From positions 1 to 28,099 of IMG/VR virus record IMGVR_UViG_3300038327_000062: a stretch of 28,099 nt of DNA; one strand, given 5' to 3'. A model generated the notes under the pieces. That model ran no database searches, had not been told where the DNA came from, and saw only the letters and a program-made list of their open reading frames with translations. Position 1 is the first letter of the stretch, and each line of letters opens with the position of its first letter. The translations under genes were made by a program, and so were the position numbers. The stretch comes from a virus (lineage: Duplodnaviria; Caudoviricetes). Below are positions 7,106 to 17,646 of the stretch, piece after piece.

Positions 7106-9582
7106 TCGCTACCTCCAGATGTCCAAATACTTGTTGGATCATAAAAAAATCCTCCATCTTGTCCTTCTTGTCTAGACTGTATTCTGTTTAAATAACCGGG
7201 TGAAAAAGTTTCCATAATTCCGTAATGCATTCCATAGTTAAAAGCGGCTTCTGTATAGAACAAATTAGCGTATGGTATATTGTATCTCAAGGTTTTCCAT
7301 GCATCCGATGCATCTTTGTTACCTGTACTTAACCCATATCCTAATTGAGTAAAATCCTTAATAGTACTGTAAGCACTACCTAAAACTGCTTCACTAAAAT
7401 CATGGTGGTATCTACCATATTGACCTCCTATGAAATCACCTACAAAACCTGCAAATCCACTTTGTACCAATGCATCTGTTAATGTTTCAGGATTATCAAA
7501 TGCTGGCGGTTCTTTTCCTGCTACCATATTCTTTAGACTAATTGATACATAACCTAATCCTATTGCAGGAACTACATGCATAAGAGAAGGTAAACCCATT
7601 TCATACATTCTAGGTAGTAAGTTTCTTATTAACTTCATTTGGTGTGTTCTGAACTGGAAGAACAATCTAGCTGTAGTTTCTGGTAATGATCCTCTCTTTG
7701 CATCTCCATACATCCATGCACGTTCAGCAGATCCTGCTTCAGGTACAGCAAGTCTACTTTCCATTGTGTAGTAACGATTCAGGTTCTCTTGTAATCTTAT
7801 TGAACCACCATTTTCTTCTATCCAATCTGAAGTTATAAACTTGTTCTTCTTTGAACCTTTTGGATTAAACAATGTTTCATCAAATGCACCTATTTTACGT
7901 AATTCATCCCAATCTTTTGCATTGAACTCGTAATCTTCCATTAGTTTTTTAAACACAGGTGGCAGATCACTAAACTTATGTTTTAAGTTACTAGCAACAT
8001 GCATAGACATCATCTTAGCAACACCTTCTCTTGAAGAGTTTGTCCACCAATTGAGTAAATTCCAATCAAACATCTTGTCTGTCATTTCATTTAGAAGTCC
8101 CATTGTTGGATTATTAATAAAGTTACGTGAATAACTCTCAAATATTCCATCAACTCCTACATTTAATTGTCTTAATAAACCATCTCTTTCCTTATCACCT
8201 ATCTTCCTAAATGCTTTCTTGAGTATATGGTTTGCCATTCCTAAATATGCCGCACCGGGCTTTACTCCTTGGTAATGTAAAAGAATTGCTCCTGTCCACA
8301 TATCGCTCATTGATGACAATGTAGCTTTACCTAGTTTTGAAAGCATCTGTATAAACTGGAAACCTGTAGTCCATTTAGCTACGTTTGGGTTTGCAACCAT
8401 ATATGCATCACCTGATACTTGTGCTAATGCCCCTCTTAAACGTCTAAACTCACCGTTAGTGATCTTCTTTTTATCTTTTAGTAGTAGTATCGCATTTTTC
8501 ATCTCTTCTACTGGTGAGATAGCTTCTGTTGACAAATCATCTAGTGCTTTCTTTGCCTCTGCAATTTCAGTCAAATCACCTTTTGTCTTTGCTTCACCTA
8601 ATCTTGATTGTGCTTGTTCTTCTAATACTTTATTAGGCTTAACTTTCCTACGGAATCCATATCCAAATGCTTCTCCAAATGATAAGTGGTTATCCATCAT
8701 CGTCATATTTTCAAAAATTGCATTTGCCATATTTGTATGACCATATATTTTGTTATATCTGATTAATGAATCACTGTCTTTAAATGCAAGTGTACGTTTT
8801 ACATGGAGACTATCTAGTATCAAACCATCTTTAGAGCTTTTTACTGTCATTTGATCATAGGCTTTACCTAAATACTTATTCATATCAAACTTCTTTTCGT
8901 CTATGAGTACTCCTTTAGCTTTTAGATTATATAATATTTGTGCTTTAGTTTTTTCATAGTCTAAATGCTTTTGTACATCTACCACCCATTTTTCTTTTCC
9001 TGCTTTTAACATCTTGAATGCATCGTGGTATTGCTTAGTTACATAATCACTCCTAGCAAATATTCCTCCTCCAAATTCATTCACACGTAGTCTTTGGCTT
9101 TCTTGAAGTTTATTAATTGCACCTGCTAAGTCATGTGCTAACTTATTCTTAGTCTTTGGAGTGCCATTATAATCAAACATTTCTTCTATAAAATCTGACG
9201 AGAAATTCTTATCATTATTCATCAACTTCTTAATGTCTCCATTAGGCATTTCTAGTAATGAAGAAACAAACGATGATCGTCTTTGTGAACGTGCCAATGC
9301 TTTTGAAGTTACCCCTGACTTGTCTCCTACCAATAAGTCAAATAACCTTGCATAAGGTTTTTTACCTTTCACTATTTCTTCTAATGAACTTAGGAATGCT
9401 TCAGTACGAACTTGAGAATCTACGTTACTTTTATTTCTAAACTTTTTATTCTCTATTTCTTCCATTACTTGTTTACTAATCATCTCAGGTGAAAGACCTT
9501 CATCCAATAGTTGATTAACCATTTGGACATCATTCTGGTCAAACCCTGCTTCTTTAAGTATGTTATCGCAAGCACTACTCAT
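7102..9582 (-). CDS. Large internal virion/ejection protein (gp16-like position)
   Basis: Position before tail fibre; helical composition; RLFFQF and SGFAGFVGDFI segments; likely start is ATG 9582 (TAATG coupling) rather than TTG 9591. Confidence 0.7.
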   Translation of the reverse strand: MSSACDNILKEAGFDQNDVQMVNQLLDEGLSPEMISKQVMEEIENKKFRNKSNVDSQVRTEAFLSSLEEIVKGKKPYARLFDLLVGDKSGVTSKALARSQRRSSFVSSLLEMPNGDIKKLMNNDKNFSSDFIEEMFDYNGTPKTKNKLAHDLAGAINKLQESQRLRVNEFGGGIFARSDYVTKQYHDAFKMLKAGKEKWVVDVQKHLDYEKTKAQILYNLKAKGVLIDEKKFDMNKYLGKAYDQMTVKSSKDGLILDSLHVKRTLAFKDSDSLIRYNKIYGHTNMANAIFENMTMMDNHLSFGEAFGYGFRRKVKPNKVLEEQAQSRLGEAKTKGDLTEIAEAKKALDDLSTEAISPVEEMKNAILLLKDKKKITNGEFRRLRGALAQVSGDAYMVANPNVAKWTTGFQFIQMLSKLGKATLSSMSDMWTGAILLHYQGVKPGAAYLGMANHILKKAFRKIGDKERDGLLRQLNVGVDGIFESYSRNFINNPTMGLLNEMTDKMFDWNLLNWWTNSSREGVAKMMSMHVASNLKHKFSDLPPVFKKLMEDYEFNAKDWDELRKIGAFDETLFNPKGSKKNKFITSDWIEENGGSIRLQENLNRYYTMESRLAVPEAGSAERAWMYGDAKRGSLPETTARLFFQFRTHQMKLIRNLLPRMYEMGLPSLMHVVPAIGLGYVSISLKNMVAGKEPPAFDNPETLTDALVQSGFAGFVGDFIGGQYGRYHHDFSEAVLGSAYSTIKDFTQLGYGLSTGNKDASDAWKTLRYNIPYANLFYTEAAFNYGMHYGIMETFSPGYLNRIQSRQEGQDGGFFYDPTSIWTSGGSE

Positions 9583-10592
9583 TATTGACAATCTCTAAAT
9601 CGGTTAATAAGTTTATTTACTCCAACAGTTAAATCTTCTCCTATTGAATTTAGATGTTCAACTATAGGGTGTAAGTCTTTATTTAACTTATGTCGCTCAC
9701 TAGTTCTTAGTTCATCCATTTCTTCTTTATAATTAATCTCTGTTTCAACTTTAGAGTGTTTGCCTTCACCTAATGGTGATGCACCATCAAGCTGTACTTC
9801 TCCATGTTGTTTAAAATCATGTGTTGCTTTTGCAATTGCTATAAGTTGTTGCTTCTCAGTGAAATTTTTCTTAATAGTTCTAGCAACAGGGATAGTACCT
9901 AATGCACTCCCAAATACAGTCGCAATTGATACGTCTAGCATTGCTCCCATGTAATCAAAGTCTTTTCCGTTAGATGCCTCTGAGGAGGCTCGTATGATCT
10001 GGTAAGCACTTTCTCCTAATGCTCCTTCTGCTCCATACACAGCAATAGGTTTTAATGGCTTTATTGCCCCAAGTGCGAATGATTTTATCGGATTCATTTT
10101 AGTTGCAACATTTGCTACAGTACCCATTCTTTGACTTATCTTTGCACTTATACCAATTGCTTTAGAACCAAGTCCGACCATTGGCACATAAGACAATGGA
10201 TCAAATATAGCGGCAGAAAAAGCGGCCCCTAAATTATGTAAGTCCCAAGGGTTAGTATTTGCCATATATTCTGAACGTGTTCTATCTCTGTCATATCTTT
10301 CTGCTTCTACAAATGCTTGGTCTTCAGTTAGTCCTTCCCTAAATGGTATGCCCTGCCTAAAATTCTCATGGTTTTCATAATTCCACATTTCTTTTTCAAT
10401 AACAGGAGAATCATCATTCATCCCTTTTACTAAATCATATACATATCCAACAGTGTTATACTCCATAGCAGAACTAAAACTTTCTGCCATTTGAGAAGCA
10501 AGTCCTGGTCTAAATCTTTGAACCGCTTCTCTTAAAAAAACCCTACCTAATTCACCTTCTGCTCTATCTATATTATAAACTTGAGGTCGCAT
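9582..10592 (-). CDS. Internal virion protein
   Basis: DPLSYVP motif followed by Gly/Ala-rich hydrophobic helices typical of ejection proteins; synteny. Confidence 0.65.
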   Translation of the reverse strand: MRPQVYNIDRAEGELGRVFLREAVQRFRPGLASQMAESFSSAMEYNTVGYVYDLVKGMNDDSPVIEKEMWNYENHENFRQGIPFREGLTEDQAFVEAERYDRDRTRSEYMANTNPWDLHNLGAAFSAAIFDPLSYVPMVGLGSKAIGISAKISQRMGTVANVATKMNPIKSFALGAIKPLKPIAVYGAEGALGESAYQIIRASSEASNGKDFDYMGAMLDVSIATVFGSALGTIPVARTIKKNFTEKQQLIAIAKATHDFKQHGEVQLDGASPLGEGKHSKVETEINYKEEMDELRTSERHKLNKDLHPIVEHLNSIGEDLTVGVNKLINRFRDCQ

Positions 10593-11946
10593 ACTTTTTT
10601 TCTTCTTTCAGCATTTGTTTTTGCTTATCAGTTTTGTTATTTTCTAAGTAAGACAAATCCATTAATTGTTTTTTATCACCAAAAACAATAGAAGCATCTA
10701 CTGGACTAGATGAAAATTCATTATTAAAAAAATCATATATTTTATCTCTCATTGTGAAAGTTTGCTCATCCATAACTTTCTGCCATTCATCTGCGAACTC
10801 ATCTTCAGATTTATTTTTATTAGCTTTCCAAAATGGTTTAATAACATTTTCCCATTCAAACTTTCCTGCATCAAATATCTCTACTCCATTAATTATCGGA
10901 GCATAATAAGGAAGCCTTGCTCTTAGTGGAGAAAAATCTTTTTGGGAATATTTATCATAATATTTACCCATCCTTGTTTTTAAACCATCTACTTGCATAA
11001 AACCTAAATTTGTATCTGTTCTTTCCCAAGGATCATTTTCTGCATCCATAAAATGTCCTCTCCTCCATGATTGGAACTTTTTGAACATTTCCTGATTATT
11101 ATATGAAATAGGTCTAGTTATAAAATTACCTTTACTATCATGACCTTGTTCATACATCCTTCCAACCATTTTTGATTTAAACCTATCACCTTTAATTCCA
11201 GCCATAACGACTACTTGTACTCCATTTCCATTAGCATTAGGTACAACTGCCGCCCACATAGAAGCATCATCTCCAAACCAACCATCACTTTTCTGCATTT
11301 CTTTACTCATTTTCTTTAAAGCATCTACACCTTTACCATACTGAGTACCATATTGTTTTGCATCAGGAATAAATGTACTAGTCCAACCTCTTTTTCTTGG
11401 TTCTAAAATAAAATAACGCATTGAATTTTCAATATCATCCCTATTTAGATTATTTTCTTTTAATTCTTTTTTAGTAAACACCAAGTTAGGTATACCTCCT
11501 CCTTCAAATACTTCAGCAAAACTATAAAGTTCTTTTCCAATATCATCTATATCATTTGTGCCAAATTCAAGAACATCATTTTGTATAGATAATAAAAGTT
11601 GCATTTGCGCATGTTTAGGAGCATTTGCTTCATAACCTGAAGGCCAGCCATTTTTAGCAATCTGTTCTTGTTGATGACCAGTACCCCAACGCTGAAAATA
11701 ATTACTTTTTTGTACTGTTCCTCCTTGAGGTAAATCTCCACGTTGAAATAATGACTTATATACTCTTTCTGCAAAATCAGGATTATGTTGGAATAAATCA
11801 CTTGCTATATCTGCAAAAGCTGAAGTTGCTTGTATACTTTTTTTACTACTATTAAATCCTCTTTGAGTATCTTTTTCTCTAGCTCTACTGCTTTTACTAT
11901 TTATACCAGCTATATACTCAATTATATTTGTGTGTCGTTTTTTCAT
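10573..11946 (-). CDS. Hypothetical protein, probable internal virion protein
   Basis: 457-aa ORF within the ejection-protein block; no recognisable motif. Confidence 0.55.
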   Translation of the reverse strand: MKKRHTNIIEYIAGINSKSSRAREKDTQRGFNSSKKSIQATSAFADIASDLFQHNPDFAERVYKSLFQRGDLPQGGTVQKSNYFQRWGTGHQQEQIAKNGWPSGYEANAPKHAQMQLLLSIQNDVLEFGTNDIDDIGKELYSFAEVFEGGGIPNLVFTKKELKENNLNRDDIENSMRYFILEPRKRGWTSTFIPDAKQYGTQYGKGVDALKKMSKEMQKSDGWFGDDASMWAAVVPNANGNGVQVVVMAGIKGDRFKSKMVGRMYEQGHDSKGNFITRPISYNNQEMFKKFQSWRRGHFMDAENDPWERTDTNLGFMQVDGLKTRMGKYYDKYSQKDFSPLRARLPYYAPIINGVEIFDAGKFEWENVIKPFWKANKNKSEDEFADEWQKVMDEQTFTMRDKIYDFFNNEFSSSPVDASIVFGDKKQLMDLSYLENNKTDKQKQMLKEEKKYATSSL

Positions 11947-11960
11947 AGCTTTTTTATTAA

Positions 11961-13655
11961 TTATTCTGATTCATCAGATTTGTTCTGAAAATCCCATTCA
12001 ATCTTTTGTTGAGCGTCACTTCTATAATCACCATCAAATGGAGGTAACCCATAAAACTTTGCTTTTTTATCTAACATCTCCATTATTTTTTCATCTTGAG
12101 GCGTTGCGCCTAAATCAATATTCTGATCTTCAAATAAAAAATCCTTTGGAGTTTCTAACATTTTTTTTATTCTAGGGTTAATAAAATTATTTACAAATAA
12201 ATTAAATACTTCCATTGGTTCTTTAAAAAAACCATCGTCTTTTGTAAATTCTTTTTTTAAATCATCAACCTTTTTTTGTAATCCAGTAAGTGTTTCTTCT
12301 CTATAACTATTAGAAAAAAGTACCGTCTTATCCCAACCAGCTTTATAAAGTGCTAACTTTTCTCTTTGATCAGTACTTAAAAGTTCCATGAGTTCAGTTT
12401 TTTTTGCTCTTTGTAATGTACTCTCTCCTCTTAATCCTCCTTTATTAGTAATTTCTTTATAATCCGCTTCTATTGCATTTATAAGTTTATTAAATTCACC
12501 ACTTTCAATCCCCTGCCCTGCAATTATAGGTTTTTGGCCTACAGCTTGCTCTTCTAAATATAATTTCGCTTCATCATATCTAACTCTATGATCTAATGCT
12601 AATGTTCTTATAGCATCTTCTTTGGGTACTAATTTGTTTTCTACAACATTATAATTGTCATTAAGAAATTTAACTTTATCAATTAGAAAAGGTGATTTCA
12701 TTCCTGCATTGACAGTAGTAGTAAAACTACCCCAATTCTTTTTTTCATCCCGATAAAATTCTCTTTCTGCTTCTCTTCTTAAATAATCTCCTTGTATTAT
12801 TGGATCAACACCAACTCCTTCCACTTCATATCCCTCACCTAATCTTAATTTATCCAATGCCCTATCTGGATCAAAATTCATATGTTGTTTAAAAGTCAGA
12901 AATGCTAAATCTTGTTTATGTTTTAATAATCTAGCATCTGCATCAGATTGGATTATATTCCCTATAGCAACATTTTTTTGTAATTCTTCTTCAAAACGTT
13001 TTGACCAAAAATCTGCTGTTTCTCTTGTATTTCTTTCAAAAAAATTTTCTCTAACTTTTCTATTTTCTGGTAAAGGATTATATATAGCATTATGAGTTAT
13101 AGTAGATAATTGCTTTTCATAATCTATTGTTTGTTTTTTTTCAAAAATATCTAGATTTTTAAGACCTCTCTTTTTTAATTCTTTTGCAAATGCTATTTGT
13201 GTATCACGTGTAAAATTACTGTTTGCAACTTGGATAGAAGAACTTAATAAGTTTGATGCTCTATCAGACAAGTCTTCACTTGCTTTATAAGGTGTAAGTT
13301 TACCTTCACCAAAAGGTACTGTTCCACCTTCTTTTTCATATGTTTCTTTAAATTCTTTTGGTTTAAGTTCATTAGGATTTACTGTACCTATACCATTTTC
13401 ACGTAATACTGCTTGGTTATTAAAATGTTCTGCCATACGTGCTTGTTCATCTTTTAATTCAAGATCAACTGAAGCATCATCCATCTTTTGATAAACCTCT
13501 GCACCAATATCTATTGCATTAGTTACAGCTTTAAACATTGCTTCATTATTCTGACCAGACATATCTAAAGGATTACTATTTTGGATAGCAACAGGTTTAA
13601 CTTTATTTACTTGTTTCTGTGCAAGTTGAGTATTGCCTTGTTGTAATACTGCCAT
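11961..13655 (-). CDS. Internal virion protein (gp15-like position)
   Basis: Follows gp14-like gene; Gln-rich N-terminus, charged helical body; GAGGT SD. Confidence 0.6.
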   Translation of the reverse strand: MAVLQQGNTQLAQKQVNKVKPVAIQNSNPLDMSGQNNEAMFKAVTNAIDIGAEVYQKMDDASVDLELKDEQARMAEHFNNQAVLRENGIGTVNPNELKPKEFKETYEKEGGTVPFGEGKLTPYKASEDLSDRASNLLSSSIQVANSNFTRDTQIAFAKELKKRGLKNLDIFEKKQTIDYEKQLSTITHNAIYNPLPENRKVRENFFERNTRETADFWSKRFEEELQKNVAIGNIIQSDADARLLKHKQDLAFLTFKQHMNFDPDRALDKLRLGEGYEVEGVGVDPIIQGDYLRREAEREFYRDEKKNWGSFTTTVNAGMKSPFLIDKVKFLNDNYNVVENKLVPKEDAIRTLALDHRVRYDEAKLYLEEQAVGQKPIIAGQGIESGEFNKLINAIEADYKEITNKGGLRGESTLQRAKKTELMELLSTDQREKLALYKAGWDKTVLFSNSYREETLTGLQKKVDDLKKEFTKDDGFFKEPMEVFNLFVNNFINPRIKKMLETPKDFLFEDQNIDLGATPQDEKIMEMLDKKAKFYGLPPFDGDYRSDAQQKIEWDFQNKSDESE

Positions 13656-13658
13656 TAT

Positions 13659-14276
13659 TTAACCTCTACCATGTTGGTCGCCAGTACCAAATTGTTTACG
13701 TTTGCTAGTTGGTGAGTATCCTTTTGAAGCATAAGCCCCACCTTGAACAATTGAACTAAATATATCTGCTGTATAAGCATCCTTACTAGCTTTATTTGTC
13801 ATATTTTCTTTTCTATTTAACTGCGACTGACCAAGTTTTGCATTTCGGTAATTAGACTCATTAGTATTCTTAAGATTACGTTGATTTGATTCTATTGCAT
13901 CTTTAGTTGCATCTACTACACTCAGTTGTCTAACAGTATTGTTTACTGCTTCTGACATCATAACGTCCAGTGTACTACCAGAACTAACTATAGCCCCACT
14001 ACCACTACTTTCTGCCATCATTGCGGCTTGTTCTTTTTGTCCTTGTGTTGCAACTTCTGATAATGCTCTTGCTCCTTGTTCTAATGTAGATAAATCTGTT
14101 TGACGTGATTCCTGATTACGTTGTCGTCTATTAAAAGATTCAGTAAGCATAGTTTCTTTTGCAACACGTGCATATTCATCAGCTTGTGCTTTACCTGACC
14201 TTCTTTTTGCATCTGCACTATATATCCCTGAAACTGCCGATCCTACTGCCATTGCACCTGTGACCCACCAACTCAT
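13659..14276 (-). CDS. Internal virion protein B (T7 gp14-like)
   Basis: Hydrophobic Ala/Gly N-terminus (MSWWVTGAMAVGSAVSGIY), Q/A-rich coil, SGSGAIVSSGS, ~200 aa, synteny. Confidence 0.75.
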   Translation of the reverse strand: MSWWVTGAMAVGSAVSGIYSADAKRRSGKAQADEYARVAKETMLTESFNRRQRNQESRQTDLSTLEQGARALSEVATQGQKEQAAMMAESSGSGAIVSSGSTLDVMMSEAVNNTVRQLSVVDATKDAIESNQRNLKNTNESNYRNAKLGQSQLNRKENMTNKASKDAYTADIFSSIVQGGAYASKGYSPTSKRKQFGTGDQHGRG

Positions 14277-14842
14277 ACTCCCTCCAATTCTTTATAATCT
14301 TTTGCTATTAATTCTTGTTCAAGTTCATCTAAATCTTTTTTATCAGAAGGATGAACAGTTACAAATGTACAATCTGTATGAGCATATATAACTCTTTTTG
14401 TACTAACTGGTGTTACTCCATAATAAGGTGCAGATATACGCATTTCACCTTCTTCAGATAAAATAGACATTTCTCCTTTTAGTAGGAAAAAAGGATGTTC
14501 TACTTTATGTATTTTTGTTATTAATATTTCTCCTGCTGGATTAAATATTTCTCTTATGTATTGGTGTTTACAAAATGTATGTTTCAGAGGATTAAAGTCT
14601 GGATGACTCTCTGGTGTCATAGCACTTTGGTTTTCAATCATGTCTTTTTGTAGAGCAATTATCCCTGTTCTAAATTCTTCTTTAGTATATTTAGTAGGAA
14701 AATACTCATCAGGATGAGTCAAGTTGGTTTGATGACGTTTATATTCAACAAAATCCCATGCTTCATCGAAGGGGAATGTATGCTCAATATCAAATTTGGT
14801 ATTCATGTCATCAAATTGCAACTTTGCAGATGCACGATCCAT
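14273..14842 (-). CDS. Cupin-like conserved phage protein
   Basis: HTF..QYIREIFNPAG...KIHKVEH...LLKG...TKRVIYAHTDCTFVTVHP. Confidence 0.7.
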   Translation of the reverse strand: MDRASAKLQFDDMNTKFDIEHTFPFDEAWDFVEYKRHQTNLTHPDEYFPTKYTKEEFRTGIIALQKDMIENQSAMTPESHPDFNPLKHTFCKHQYIREIFNPAGEILITKIHKVEHPFFLLKGEMSILSEEGEMRISAPYYGVTPVSTKRVIYAHTDCTFVTVHPSDKKDLDELEQELIAKDYKELEGV

Positions 14843-17646
14843 TATGATCCTCCTGTTTCTGCTTCAATTATAATTGCATTTATTTGCATAGGGAGAGGGC
14901 CGTTAGAGCTTATCTTAACTGTATGGACTTCCCATCCTATACCTGATAGTGATAACTTCCTTGTACCAGAGAATAGAGGTATCTGACGACCCATGAAGTC
15001 GCTCATTGTTCGGAACAGTAACTCTTCTGATAAATCATTGTAATCTAGTTGAATACCTAATGATTCTTCTACAATGACTGCTATTTTTATTAGTCTTTTA
15101 CTATAGGAAAATTGATTCTCTGGTGCAGATGGTTCTAAAGTATCTACTTCTGCTGTATAAGGAAGACCTGCAACTATACGATCACCCTCATAATGATTTA
15201 GTGTAACTGAACCATTAGAAGCAACTGTTTTATTGACATGTTGCATACCATTGTTATAAATCTGTACATCTTCTGCTACCAAATGAGACATGCCATAAAA
15301 TTGTTTAGTAGTCCAGGAGTGTATGCCTGAACCTGCATCACTCCACGCTATAGCAGTACCACCAGATGTTGTTGCTAATCTAAATGTATCTACACTTACA
15401 TATTTAACATAATAATCTGTAGCCAATGCTAAATTTACTGGTAAATCTACTGGAGTACCTGTACTTGTAACTCTAATTATCTGTGTGTCTATTAAGCCAT
15501 GTGCAGTAGAAGTAATTAATAGTCCTGAAGATGAACTTGCTGTAAATGTCCCTCCAATACTTTTAGTTATTGCACTATCAGAAAAGATATAATCATCACG
15601 TACAATTGCCCCTTCTGAAGGAAACCTACCTAGAGTCTCCATGTAATACTCTGTTGTCCCACCAATCGTTCTAGAGACCTTGAGCCATATCTGATCATGA
15701 CTTGCTTTAGGTATCATTTCTATATCTAAGACCTTAGCATCTGTTCCTCCTATGTTATGTTCTGCCCATGCCTGAAATTCAAGTCTCATATCAAAACTTA
15801 ATGTCAATAAACGACCATCTTTCATTAATATCCAGATAATTGCATTTGGTCTTTCTTGCCAGACCATCTTTGTAATTTCTGAGCTTTTAATGATGTCATA
15901 ACCTTTTAATGATATTTTACTAGCATCCCACTGACCACCTGTTCCTTTATTTAAGGATAACTGCTGTAAGTCTTTACCACCTATTTGTGGATATATTAAT
16001 GAATTAGAAACAACTATAGGTGCTGTATCTGTTGCAGAGAATGATGTTTCACGATTAATAGTAAATCTAAAAGGGGTAACAACTAAGTTGGTTTCTGAAC
16101 CATAAAGCATATAAACTCCGGCAGACGTTCCCAGAGCAAGTTTTTTTGATTCTCCAAGCCACTTAATTGCATCTAAAGTATCTGAGTCTAAAGTAAAGGT
16201 TAGCCCATTTGAATCAGTAATAACTTCTATTGACATTCCATCAACAATTGCTGCTGGTGAGTCTTGATCCAGAATTTCTGTTGGTGCAAAAGAGTAAAAG
16301 TCTCCTGTTCTTGATAACCAGATAGTAGAAGGTTGGAAAGTATTAGCTGCTAGTACCATCCGTTGCTGATATATCTGTGAGACTTGAGGCCAACCTTGAC
16401 TATCAGCAAATGCTCCTAGTCTAAACTCTGAAGTACCAAATATACCTCTAGTGTTTGATAGTTCAGTTTTTAGAGTTACAGTTACAGTAGGTGGTGTAGC
16501 CGTGGTTACTGCTGTTATTTTGCCCCAAGCCCATCTAATACCACCTATATTCTCACCGGGTTTAGATAAAGGATTTATACGTATTAAACGTCCTACATCA
16601 GTACTACCTGAAGTATTACTTAATAATCCTTGTGCAATTGTATTATTTGCTCCCGAAGTTGATTTTTTATTAAAAATATTAAATGTAACCGATGTATTAG
16701 CTTTATAAGCAATACGATAAAGGGTCACTTCTGCATCAGCTTTACTTTCAGGAGAACCGGAGGCAGTTTCTTTTAATTCAAATTCTAATGCTGTACCTCC
16801 ATCTGTAGTTGATACTTGGAACGAAGTTGCTTCAGAACTAATTACATAATAAGAAGCATCAACTAATATATGAGTAGCATCTGTACTTTTTTGTGACCTT
16901 AAATTGCCCCAACTACCTTCTAAACGTATTAGCATACCTGTTTGAAGACCATGATTTGCAAGTACAATAGAATTATTAACAGTATTAAATTCAACTTCTG
17001 CTACTTCTATTTTTTGAGACGCATTCGTATAAACAGGTTCATTTGCTAATTTAAGACTATATCCTTTTTTCTCAGTTACTTCTGAATAGACATTAATAGA
17101 ATTATAAGGCCCATCTTCCATTACAAATTCACTTACTGACCAAACACTGCGGTCACTTGCACTTGCTCCTGACGTTACAATAGTTCTAGATATTTTATAT
17201 GGAACTTTAGTAGGACAACAAACAAAGATAATATCACCACTTTGTGTTGTTTTAAGTGAATCTAGTTCTACTTGGGTAGTCCAAGGTAGACCAGTAACAC
17301 TATAAACTGTAGATGTTAAAGCACTACTAGAATTGTATGACGTGAGCAAAGTGTCTTGTGACCAGACTCGTAAAGTACAATTACTACTTGCAGATATAAA
17401 TGCTATTTCTAGGATATAGGTATTGTCTTGGTCTTTAAAAAAGGGGATAAAACGTGATGTAGAGTTTAATGCTTCTCCAATAAAGTTAGTACCCGGTCTT
17501 TTAACTAAAGGACCAGAAACTACAGGAATCATATTTTTGGATGATTTATATCCATAACTATAAAATTCTTCACTAGAACGTCCTTGTAGAGACTTAGCTA
17601 GTACTCCTTCAGTAAACCGAGGTTGTAGAAATTCATATTTACTCAT
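14842..17646 (-). CDS. Tail tubular protein B / nozzle (T7 gp12-like)
   Basis: FTEGVL...GR...NMIP..GPLVKRPGT start, QQRMVLA, WLSRTGD, QAWAEH, GLPY; synteny. Confidence 0.9.
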   Translation of the reverse strand: MSKYEFLQPRFTEGVLAKSLQGRSSEEFYSYGYKSSKNMIPVVSGPLVKRPGTNFIGEALNSTSRFIPFFKDQDNTYILEIAFISASSNCTLRVWSQDTLLTSYNSSSALTSTVYSVTGLPWTTQVELDSLKTTQSGDIIFVCCPTKVPYKISRTIVTSGASASDRSVWSVSEFVMEDGPYNSINVYSEVTEKKGYSLKLANEPVYTNASQKIEVAEVEFNTVNNSIVLANHGLQTGMLIRLEGSWGNLRSQKSTDATHILVDASYYVISSEATSFQVSTTDGGTALEFELKETASGSPESKADAEVTLYRIAYKANTSVTFNIFNKKSTSGANNTIAQGLLSNTSGSTDVGRLIRINPLSKPGENIGGIRWAWGKITAVTTATPPTVTVTLKTELSNTRGIFGTSEFRLGAFADSQGWPQVSQIYQQRMVLAANTFQPSTIWLSRTGDFYSFAPTEILDQDSPAAIVDGMSIEVITDSNGLTFTLDSDTLDAIKWLGESKKLALGTSAGVYMLYGSETNLVVTPFRFTINRETSFSATDTAPIVVSNSLIYPQIGGKDLQQLSLNKGTGGQWDASKISLKGYDIIKSSEITKMVWQERPNAIIWILMKDGRLLTLSFDMRLEFQAWAEHNIGGTDAKVLDIEMIPKASHDQIWLKVSRTIGGTTEYYMETLGRFPSEGAIVRDDYIFSDSAITKSIGGTFTASSSSGLLITSTAHGLIDTQIIRVTSTGTPVDLPVNLALATDYYVKYVSVDTFRLATTSGGTAIAWSDAGSGIHSWTTKQFYGMSHLVAEDVQIYNNGMQHVNKTVASNGSVTLNHYEGDRIVAGLPYTAEVDTLEPSAPENQFSYSKRLIKIAVIVEESLGIQLDYNDLSEELLFRTMSDFMGRQIPLFSGTRKLSLSGIGWEVHTVKISSNGPLPMQINAIIIEAETGGS

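Noticed and set aside
11940-11975. A-AAA-AAG slippery site joining the 564- and 457-aa ORFs
   Set aside because: It lies after the TAA stop, and the -1 frame has TGA TGA just upstream, so a programmed fusion is poorly supported
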